A stretch of DNA of 55,106 bases from a virus. The number at the start of each line of letters is the position of its first letter. Position 1 is the stretch's first letter. The notes beneath the pieces are model-generated. The model did not search any database. It worked only from the letters and a program-made list of their open reading frames with translations, and was not told the DNA's origin. Made by a program: the position numbers and the translations under genes. Positions 40,366-46,408 of the stretch are shown here, in pieces. The stretch lies in the IMG/VR virus record IMGVR_UViG_3300025018_000105; one strand, given 5' to 3'.

Positions 40366-40443
40366 TGGTGCGGGAGGAGGGACTTGAACCCTCAGCGTGG
40401 GGGATTTTAAGTCCCCTGCGTTTACCAATTTCGCCACCCCCGC
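40366..40443 (-). tRNA. tRNA-Leu(TAA), short variable loop
   Basis: Cloverleaf, CCA encoded. Confidence 0.9.
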
Positions 40444-40560
40444 TCAGAGGAAGATGAGGAGGAGCCCGATGCCCAGAACAAACTTGACGACACCCCCTGC
40501 GAGTTCCCTGCCCCCGATCAGGTAAAGGCAGAATAAGAAAAACAGACCTCCAAGCAACAT
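40444..40560 (-). CDS. 38-aa membrane peptide
   Basis: AAGGAG RBS, own TTGACA promoter at about 40620. Confidence 0.6.
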   Translation of the reverse strand: MLLGGLFFLFCLYLIGGRELAGGVVKFVLGIGLLLIFL

Positions 40561-40628
40561 GACTTTCTCCTTTGATTCGTTTCGGTGTTATAACCGTAAC
40601 AACATTGGAAAACTTGTCAAGTGGAAAA

Positions 40629-40704
40629 TGGAGCCGGAGGTCGGATTCGAACCGACGACCTTCGCTTTACAAGAGCGCTGCTCTGGCCTCTGAGCTACAC
40701 CGGC
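40629..40704 (-). tRNA. tRNA-Thr(TGT)
   Basis: Cloverleaf, CCA. Confidence 0.9.
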
Positions 40705-40714
40705 ATATTTTATT

Positions 40715-40788
40715 TGGCAGGGGCGTAAGGAATCGAACCCTAATTACCGGGATTGGAAGCCGGGGTCTTACCATTAGACGACACCCCC
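40715..40788 (-). tRNA. tRNA-Trp(CCA)
   Basis: Cloverleaf, G73, C31-C39 mismatch. Confidence 0.8.
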
Positions 40789-40803
40789 ACAGTGTCTTTG
40801 ATT

Positions 40804-40878
40804 TGGAGCGACGGGCCGGAATCTCACCAGCGTCCTCTTAGTTTGCAGCTAAGTGTGATAATACTCCACCACCGTCGC
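40804..40878 (-). tRNA. tRNA-Cys(GCA)
   Basis: Cloverleaf, U73, atypical D and T loops. Confidence 0.8.
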
Positions 40879-40885
40879 ATCTATT

Positions 40886-40973
40886 TGGAGGAGCGTGGAG
40901 GCATCGAACCTCTGACCCATAAAGGTCACTACGGTTTAGCAAACCGCTTGGGGAGCCAACCCCAGCACACTCC
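40886..40973 (-). tRNA. tRNA-Ser(GCT)
   Basis: Long variable arm, CCA. Confidence 0.85.
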
Positions 40974-40976
40974 AAA

Positions 40977-41120
40977 TCACTTACACTTTCCGGCGATGAA
41001 CGCCTTGTTGATCTCGGCCGCTACATTGAACGGCTCTCCTGTTACCTTGCCTACCAGAATGAACGTGCCTTCCTTGCCGTCCACTGGAACTGCTCTCAGG
41101 CGGTCGATGGGTGCTGTCAT
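40977..41120 (-). CDS. small hypothetical protein (47 aa)
   Basis: ORF filling a tRNA spacer. Confidence 0.45.
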   Translation of the reverse strand: MTAPIDRLRAVPVDGKEGTFILVGKVTGEPFNVAAEINKAFIAGKCK

Positions 41121-41136
41121 CACTCGCCTACTTTTC

Positions 41137-41210
41137 TGGATGCCCCTGTTGGGATCGAACCAACATCTTCGCCTTCAAAGGGCGCTGACTTACCATTAGC
41201 CGAAGGGGCA
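41137..41210 (-). tRNA. tRNA-Gln(TTG)
   Basis: Cloverleaf, U1:A72. Confidence 0.9.
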
Positions 41211-41261
41211 TTAGGTTGTCGATCCGGGGTTGTGTTATCTGTCATTTAATCGTCTCCTAAC

Positions 41262-41338
41262 TGGATGCACGGAAAGGATTCGAACCTTTAACTTTCTGCG
41301 CTCAGAACGCAGCGGCCGGACCTACCAGCTACCGTGCA
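41262..41338 (-). tRNA. tRNA-Gln(CTG)
   Basis: Cloverleaf, U1:A72. Confidence 0.85.
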
Positions 41339-41347
41339 GTGAAACCA

Positions 41348-41421
41348 TGGTAGTCCCGTCTGGAATTGAACCAGCCTCTACCCCTTATGAGGGGGCAGCT
41401 TTACCACTAAGCTACAGGACC
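41348..41421 (-). tRNA. tRNA with CAT anticodon (Ile2 or elongator Met)
   Basis: Cloverleaf; identity not resolvable by eye. Confidence 0.85.
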
Positions 41422-41438
41422 ACAAGAATCACGGATTA

Positions 41439-41514
41439 GGGGTGACCGGTGGGTTTCGAACCCACTATATCTGGCACCACAAGCCAGCGCATCAACCAAT
41501 TCTGCCTCGGCCAC
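41439..41514 (-). tRNA. tRNA-His(GTG)
   Basis: Cloverleaf, C73, no encoded CCA or G-1. Confidence 0.85.
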
Positions 41515-41596
41515 ACCTAATCCGTGAACCTATATATTTGAACGTATATTCTTTATGATATATATGTCAAGACATATATCAACTTTGATATAACTT

Positions 41597-41670
41597 CGGA
41601 GCCGGATAAGAGAATCGAACTCTTGTCTTCGCGTTACGACGGCGTTGCTCTACCATTGAGCTAACCCGGC
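41597..41670 (-). tRNA. tRNA-Thr(CGT)
   Basis: Cloverleaf, weak anticodon stem. Confidence 0.75.
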
Positions 41671-41679
41671 ATTTAACTC

Positions 41680-41762
41680 TGGTCCGCGACCCCGGACTTG
41701 AACCGGGAAGCCTAAGCCACGCCCTCTCAAGACGCTGCGTTTACCAATTTCGCCAGTCGCGG
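41680..41762 (-). tRNA. tRNA-Leu(GAG)
   Basis: Cloverleaf, variable arm. Confidence 0.9.
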
Positions 41763-41770
41763 ATCGTGGT

Positions 41771-41848
41771 TGGTGCGCCTCCCCGGACTCGAACCGGGAA
41801 AACTCTCGGACCTGAGCCGAGCGACTTTACCAATTTGCCCAGAGGCAC
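41771..41848 (-). tRNA. tRNA-Leu(CAG), short variable loop
   Basis: Cloverleaf, CCA. Confidence 0.9.
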
Positions 41849-41867
41849 AAACCACAGTAATTTATTT

Positions 41868-41953
41868 TGGTGGGCAGAGAAGGAATTTGCACCTTCACAG
41901 CGGTCAAACGTCCGATTTACAGTCGGGTGGGCTCACTCATGCCCAGCCTGCCC
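41868..41953 (-). tRNA. tRNA-Tyr(GTA)
   Basis: Variable arm, atypical T loop. Confidence 0.85.
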
Positions 41954-41966
41954 TTAAAGTTGAAAC

Positions 41967-42003
41967 AAAAAAAAAGCGCCAGACCCTAGAAGGGACTGAC
42001 GCG
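41967..42003 (-). terminator. attenuator terminator of tRNA operon 3
   Basis: GCGTCAG-TCCC/GGG-TCTGGCGC hairpin plus T9. Confidence 0.8.
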
Positions 42004-42014
42004 GCGGAAAGCGC

Positions 42015-42101
42015 TGGAGGAGGGTGGAGGAATTGAACCCCTAACCTGTCAAGGTTAGCCCGGTTTTCGAGACCGGTTTGCACACCCGTGCGCCACCCTC
42101 C
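42015..42101 (-). tRNA. tRNA-Ser(CGA)
   Basis: Long variable arm, CCA. Confidence 0.9.
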
Positions 42102-42132
42102 TTACGTGGAAGTGGCGCGTCAGAACCACTCC

Positions 42133-42216
42133 CTAGAGGGATGAACTAGTGCTATACCAATGTTGGCATAGCAAAGCCTGCGTAAGCGGCTTCAAGAGGT
42201 GGGTCTGTTTGTTCAT
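42133..42216 (-). CDS. leader peptide of tRNA operon 3, MNKQTHLLKPLTQALLCQHWYSTSSSL
   Basis: ATG at the predicted TSS (leaderless); 21 of 26 residues match downstream tRNAs. Confidence 0.8.
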   Translation of the reverse strand: MNKQTHLLKPLTQALLCQHWYSTSSSL

Positions 42217-42223
42217 GAAGGAG

Positions 42224-42252
42224 AGTATATGAATATTCGAAGCGAAAGTCAA
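42224..42252 (-). promoter_or_regulatory. sigma70 promoter of tRNA operon 3
   Basis: TTGACT-17-TATACT. Confidence 0.85.
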
Positions 42253-42550
42253 TCAAAAAATGCACTAAGTGCAATTTTATTTTTGCGGCCTTTACCAGCA
42301 AACGCACCAAGGCCCAGCTAGCGTTTCTGGCCCGCCCCGACGATCATACGGGGCATGGCAAAGACAAACAGACTAGCTTCGAATGATGATTCGTTCGCTT
42401 GAGAAAGCGAAACCCCAGAGCGGCGACAACCGATCTGGGGTCTCTTTCACGCGCCCCTTTGTTCGAGAAAGGAGGGTGATGTCGTGCGCATTACTCGCGC
42501 TACGCAGCGTTATTACTTGACCCCGATATAGGAGTCCAGCGAAAATCGCA

Positions 42551-42675
42551 TCAATCGGTGAGCCTGAGGGTATCCACGTTCATCACGGCCAACACGGAAA
42601 GAAAGAAGTCTGCCGTGAAGGACCCTCGGCTCACTTTATTGCGTAGCGCGGCCTCCGAGAAGCCTTCTCCAGCCT
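42551..42675 (-). pseudogene. DUF6471-like 3' fragment
   Basis: SEAALRNKVSRGSFTADFFLSVLAVMNV; 5' end missing. Confidence 0.65.
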
Positions 42676-42678
42676 GCG

Positions 42679-42894
42679 CCAATCGGCCAACGCATCCACG
42701 CCAAGAGGCGCGAACTCGGCTTGTCGCAAGAGGGATTGGCCAACGAGGCGGGGCTGGATCGCAGCTATGTAGGTCGCATCGAGCGCGGCGAGCACAACCT
42801 GACATTTGTCTCGTTGGTCAGGCTGTGTCGGGCGATGGGGTGTGACGTGGCTGCGCTGACCGCTGGATTGCCGGTCGTTTCTGACAAAACCTGA
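42679..42894 (+). pseudogene. XRE-family HTH regulator lacking its native start
   Basis: RRELGLSQEGLANEAGLDRSYVGRIERGEHN; upstream stop at 42616 and no ATG. Confidence 0.75.
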
Positions 42895-43298
42895 GCAAAA
42901 ACTTGACAAGCATAACAAATTCTATTAAACTTCGCAGCGCTGAATTGCGAAGTTCGCATGGGCTTCTCCAACAATTCGAAATCCGGCAAAAATTGCCGAG
43001 AAAGGGCCACGCCGTGGGCTACGTTGATAAAGAACTCTTGGGCGCTCAGGACGCCTTCCCCCATCCCGCCGAGCGCCCAGCCCTAAGAGTCCGTTCGCCG
43101 CAGCAACGGTCTCGAAGCAATCCGAATGTGGTGAGCATTCAGGTGTGGTATGATGGCAGATGGCTCACTGAGGAGGAGGTGGAGGAATCTCTTGCCAAGG
43201 GTGCTGCTCGTGCTGCCCTTGAGCGAGAGCAAGGGATACTCCCTGATCATTCCAACTAGACGCACTCTTGGTGCGTTTGCTGGCAAAGACCGTATTTT

Positions 43299-43370
43299 TG
43301 GAGCCCCGGAGCGGAATCGAACCGCTGCCTGTGAGCTTAGAAGGCTCAGAGCCCGATCCACGGCCGGGGC
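43299..43370 (-). tRNA. tRNA-Arg(TCT), degenerate D-arm
   Basis: Acceptor, anticodon and T arms intact. Confidence 0.8.
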
Positions 43371-43374
43371 AAGC

Positions 43375-43431
43375 TGGTGGATCGGACCGGATTTGAACCG
43401 ATCGAGCGCTTCTCCGGACCACCGGCGACCC
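43375..43431 (-). ncRNA. 57-nt tRNA-like remnant (acceptor + T-arm + CCA, no anticodon arm)
   Basis: GGGTCG/CGATCC-ACCA, TTCAAAT loop. Confidence 0.6.
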
Positions 43432-43437
43432 ATAAAC

Positions 43438-43513
43438 TGGTGGTGACGGATGGGATTGAACCACCGACGCAGAACTTTTCAGGCTCCCGCTCTACCAACT
43501 GAGCTACGTCACC
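43438..43513 (-). tRNA. tRNA-Phe(GAA)
   Basis: Cloverleaf. Confidence 0.92.
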
Positions 43514-43514
43514 A

Positions 43515-43586
43515 TGGAGCCGCGTGGTGGACTCGAACCACCCCATTGACCTTCGGACGGTCACGCCCGTTCCAGCCGGACGCGGC
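43515..43586 (-). tRNA. tRNA-Arg(CCG), degenerate D-arm
   Basis: Acceptor, anticodon and T arms intact. Confidence 0.8.
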
Positions 43587-43599
43587 ACCTTATTAACTC

Positions 43600-43682
43600 T
43601 GGAGCCCTAGGAGGGATTCGAACCCCCATTTTCAACTCCAATTACGGGTCCGACGTTCGTAGCGTCGGTCGGTTACTAGGGC
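43600..43682 (-). tRNA. tRNA-Arg(ACG), D-armless with a 22-nt variable region
   Basis: 7-bp acceptor, 6-bp anticodon stem, canonical T-arm. Confidence 0.75.
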
Positions 43683-43700
43683 ATCAACTCGTTCATCACT

Positions 43701-43777
43701 TGGTAGCGCCAACGGGATTCAAACCCGCGTCCGAAGGGTGAAAGCCAACGTGTCCTAGATCGCTAGACGACGGCGCT
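43701..43777 (-). tRNA. tRNA-Glu(TTC)
   Basis: Cloverleaf, imperfect anticodon stem. Confidence 0.75.
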
Positions 43778-43785
43778 TCAACAAG

Positions 43786-43862
43786 TGGTGCCCCGTGCGA
43801 GGTTCGAACTCGCGTCCTCCCGGCTGAGAACCGGGCGTCCTTGACCGCTAGACCAACGGGGC
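43786..43862 (-). tRNA. tRNA-Glu(CTC)
   Basis: Cloverleaf. Confidence 0.92.
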
Positions 43863-43869
43863 GGTAAAC

Positions 43870-43944
43870 TGGCGGACACGACGGATTATGATACCGCGAC
43901 CTCCCGCGTGACAGGCGGGTGCTCTTCCTCTGAGCTACGTGTCC
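43870..43944 (-). tRNA. tRNA-Asp(GTC)
   Basis: Cloverleaf, atypical T loop. Confidence 0.85.
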
Positions 43945-43955
43945 TTGATAATTGA

Positions 43956-44031
43956 TGGAGCGGACGGACGGGCTTGAACCGACGGCCTTCTGGGTGGAAA
44001 CCAGACGCTCTACCAACTGAGCTACATCCGC
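43956..44031 (-). tRNA. tRNA-Gly(TCC)
   Basis: Cloverleaf. Confidence 0.92.
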
Positions 44032-44081
44032 ATCATCAATCATCACTATTAACTTGTAAACGCACGGCACTATTAACTTGT

Positions 44082-44257
44082 AGTCGGCTTACGCCAGCAC
44101 CCCGACGAGGCTTGTCGGACTACGATCCCGACACCTGACCCCTTGCCACCATGGAACGGCCGATTCGAACGGCCCTCGGTTTACTGTGCTTACACTTACA
44201 CCATCCTCTCTTTCACCCGACGCGTTCGGGAGGACGAGGCGCTGGCATAAGCCGACT
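44082..44257 (-). ncRNA. 176-nt structured RNA with tRNA-like D and T arms
   Basis: 23-bp closing stem; GGCCG-TTCGAAT-CGGCC T-arm. Confidence 0.65.
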
Positions 44258-44265
44258 GTTGTGAC

Positions 44266-44340
44266 TGGAGCGGGCGACGGGAATCGAACCCGTGTCTTCA
44301 CGTTGGCAACGTGGTGCTCTACCGATTGAGCTACACCTGC
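44266..44340 (-). tRNA. tRNA-Gly(GCC)
   Basis: Cloverleaf. Confidence 0.92.
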
Positions 44341-44355
44341 ATCCTGTCAAAATTT

Positions 44356-44432
44356 TGGTAGACCGGGTGAGGTTCGAACTCACGACGACGCGGATTAAAA
44401 GCCCGCCGCTCTACCCACTGAGCTACCGGTCC
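44356..44432 (-). tRNA. tRNA-Lys(TTT)
   Basis: Cloverleaf. Confidence 0.92.
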
Positions 44433-44450
44433 ACATGAACCGGGAACACG

Positions 44451-44484
44451 AAAAACGCCCCATCGGGCTTGCCGATAGAGCGTT
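44451..44484 (-). terminator. attenuator terminator of tRNA operon 2
   Basis: AACGCTCTATCGG/CCGATGGGCGTT hairpin plus T run. Confidence 0.75.
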
Positions 44485-44504
44485 CCTAAGAAGCTGATCT
44501 GTTT

Positions 44505-44580
44505 TGGAGGATGAGGTGAGGTTTGAACTCACGGCCTTCGGAGTAAGAATCCGACGCTCTACCCACTGAGCTACACATCC
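44505..44580 (-). tRNA. tRNA-Lys(CTT)
   Basis: Cloverleaf, flanked by an inverted repeat. Confidence 0.9.
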
Positions 44581-44618
44581 GTCAAAACAGATCAGTAGCC
44601 GAGGCACGCACTACCGAT

Positions 44619-44681
44619 CTACGAGGTAAAACCTCGTTCATCGCCTTCCCGGCGATCTCGTTTGGTGCGTTCAAAGGTCAT
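44619..44681 (-). CDS. leader peptide of tRNA operon 2, MTFERTKRDRREGDERGFTS
   Basis: AAGGA/GGA RBS; 15 of 19 residues match downstream tRNAs. Confidence 0.8.
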   Translation of the reverse strand: MTFERTKRDRREGDERGFTS

Positions 44682-44737
44682 AGCGTTTTCCAATTCCTTA
44701 AACTATTGTGCGGACCATTCCGCGTCAAGATGAGGGG

Positions 44738-44766
44738 ATGATATGCGATTCGGCTGGTGATGTCAA
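44738..44766 (-). promoter_or_regulatory. sigma70 promoter of tRNA operon 2
   Basis: TTGACA-17-TATCAT with CGAATCG in the spacer. Confidence 0.85.
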
Positions 44767-44958
44767 CAACTTTTTTCCATTCACCGCAATTTTTCTTACA
44801 TCGGGTAACGGCGGCCGGTCCTCAGTGATCGATCGTGCCTCACCGGTGTAAGGCGATCTGAGGCCGCGCCGCCGCCCCTTCTCGACGACAACCCAGCAAA
44901 GGGACGGCTCGCGAAGTCCGCTGCTATGCTCGGCTCATCTAGCCCCATCTAAGGGGAT

Positions 44959-45033
44959 TGGTGCTTCGTGGAGGTTTCGAACTTCCGGCCTTCCCCGAGT
45001 CAAGGGGACGCTCTACCACTGAGCTAACGAAGC
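44959..45033 (-). tRNA. tRNA-Val(GAC)
   Basis: Cloverleaf. Confidence 0.9.
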
Positions 45034-45335
45034 GTTGTTCCATCATTCTTGCGAAGCGTATCCTCGAATCCATCGCGGTAAGCTTCCCATGCCTTGTCCT
45101 TATCCACGACAGGTGTGGCAAGCAAGGCTTCTCGTCGCGTTGCAACCTCTTCGTCGAGATCGGCCTGAGCGTCTACCACGCCGCGATCGTAATCTTCCTT
45201 GTAGAGCCCATCGTAGCCCCGCGACCAGAACTGTCGGACGCCATGCCACGAGTTATCGGGCTTCGACGGCGGCGTCTCATAGCCGGAGCGGAGGCCGCCA
45301 CGACGATAGGACAATTTGAGAAGTTGTTGGCCCAT
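45024..45335 (-). CDS. hypothetical protein inside the tRNA cluster
   Basis: AAGGAG RBS; YDRGVVDA and AYRDGFED repeats. Confidence 0.65.
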   Translation of the reverse strand: MGQQLLKLSYRRGGLRSGYETPPSKPDNSWHGVRQFWSRGYDGLYKEDYDRGVVDAQADLDEEVATRREALLATPVVDKDKAWEAYRDGFEDTLRKNDGTTLR

Positions 45336-45352
45336 GAAAACTCCTTGTATAC

Positions 45353-45437
45353 TGGCTGGGTAGGTAGGGATCGAACCTACGCTCTTTCGAGGTCACCGGT
45401 TAACAGCCGGGCACAATTACCACTCTGTCACTACCCA
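45353..45437 (-). tRNA. tRNA-Asn(GTT) with a long variable arm
   Basis: Cloverleaf, G73, CTC-GAAA-GAG extra arm. Confidence 0.85.
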
Positions 45438-45474
45438 ATAGTATACATGAGTTGACCGGTCAAGTCAACGAAAC

Positions 45475-45550
45475 TGGTGGAGAAGGACGGGATCGAACCG
45501 ACGGCCTCCTGCTTGCAAGGCAGGCGCTCTCCCAACTGAGCTACATCCCC
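45475..45550 (-). tRNA. tRNA-Ala(TGC)
   Basis: Cloverleaf, G3:U70. Confidence 0.93.
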
Positions 45551-45582
45551 ATTGACCAAGGCTGTTCAGGTTGGTCGGAAAC

Positions 45583-45671
45583 TGGTAGTGAGAACTCAAC
45601 CTACTAAGCTAACTGGGAGTGCGAGTCGTCAACTCATCCGCCAGCGCAGGTTCGGTGCTCTTGTTCTCACT
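45583..45671 (-). ncRNA. ACCA-ending non-tRNA RNA candidate
   Basis: AGTGAGAAC/GTTCTCACT stem plus ACCA. Confidence 0.45.
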
Positions 45672-45722
45672 CTTACGAGGAGACTAACCCTCGCGTTTCA
45701 GGCATTGTTTCAGCCATCTATC

Positions 45723-45801
45723 TGGTCCACAGGGTAGGGTTCGAACCTACGCAATGACGCCGATTATCGGTCGGCCGCTCTACCAACTGAGCTACCCGTG
45801 G
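45723..45801 (-). tRNA. tRNA-Ile(GAT)
   Basis: Cloverleaf. Confidence 0.9.
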
Positions 45802-45811
45802 ATGTTAACTT

Positions 45812-45887
45812 TGGTAGGCGATGACGGGATCGAACCGCCGCTGACGGGACGTGTAAGGACCCCGCTCTACCGCTGAGCTAATCGCCT
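45812..45887 (-). tRNA. tRNA-Val(TAC)
   Basis: Cloverleaf. Confidence 0.88.
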
Positions 45888-45934
45888 ATGAACTTCTTTG
45901 TCCCTTCCGAGTTGACGGAAGTCGGGGACGAAAC

Positions 45935-46004
45935 TGGTAGCAGTGGGTGGAGGTGCGCCACCGACCTAAGGGTTATGAGCCCCCGGTCAAACTACTTCAC
46001 TGCT
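45935..46004 (-). tRNA. atypical tRNA-Met(CAT), initiator-like anticodon stem
   Basis: GGG/CCC anticodon stem, A1:U72, degenerate D-arm and T-loop. Confidence 0.7.
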
Positions 46005-46005
46005 A

Positions 46006-46084
46006 TGGTCAGGCGAGCAGGATTTGAACCTGCGATCCCCTCCGTCCGAGGGAGGTGAGGACGGCCAAACTCCTCTACCGCCTG
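46006..46084 (-). tRNA. tRNA-Pro(CGG)
   Basis: Cloverleaf. Confidence 0.9.
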
Positions 46085-46092
46085 ATGTAAAC

Positions 46093-46169
46093 TGGTCTGG
46101 AGTGGAGGGCTCGAACCTCCGATCCTCCCGGTCCCAAACCGGGCGCTCTACCGACTGAGCTAACCCCAG
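46093..46169 (-). tRNA. tRNA-Pro(TGG)
   Basis: Cloverleaf. Confidence 0.92.
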
Positions 46170-46205
46170 AAAAGGAAAAGGGCCTGTCACTTTCGTGAAG
46201 GCCCT
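46170..46205 (-). terminator. attenuator terminator of tRNA operon 1
   Basis: GGGCCT-TCAC-GAAA-GTGA-C-AGGCCC plus TTTTCCTTTT. Confidence 0.8.
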
Positions 46206-46234
46206 CTCCGGTAACTCGTGCTGTGGTGCGGACC

Positions 46235-46327
46235 TTAGTCCACATAGCCTTCCACATAAGCACGCGCCACCGCTGGGACCATAATGGCCACCGGTGCGGG
46301 GTTATTCATGGCGAATGCGTTGAACAT
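46235..46327 (-). CDS. leader peptide of tRNA operon 1, MFNAFAMNNPAPVAIMVPAVARAYVEGYVD
   Basis: 16 consecutive residues drawn only from A/M/N/P/V/I, the downstream tRNA set. Confidence 0.8.
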   Translation of the reverse strand: MFNAFAMNNPAPVAIMVPAVARAYVEGYVD

Positions 46328-46379
46328 GAAAAACTCTTTAATCCTCTAGTGTGCAGACTATTCCGCGTGTTGAGCCCTG

Positions 46380-46408
46380 ATGATAGCCGAATCAGCGTGG
46401 CTTGTCAA
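46380..46408 (-). promoter_or_regulatory. sigma70 promoter of tRNA operon 1
   Basis: TTGACA-17-TATCAT with TGATTCG in the spacer. Confidence 0.85.

Noticed and set aside
43299-43370. Amber suppressor tRNA
   Set aside because: The 7-nt loop CTTCTAA centres on TCT, not CTA.
43083-46263. ORF-track proteins across the tRNA cluster
   Set aside because: Translations of tRNA genes without an RBS; only 45024-45335 and the leader peptides were kept.
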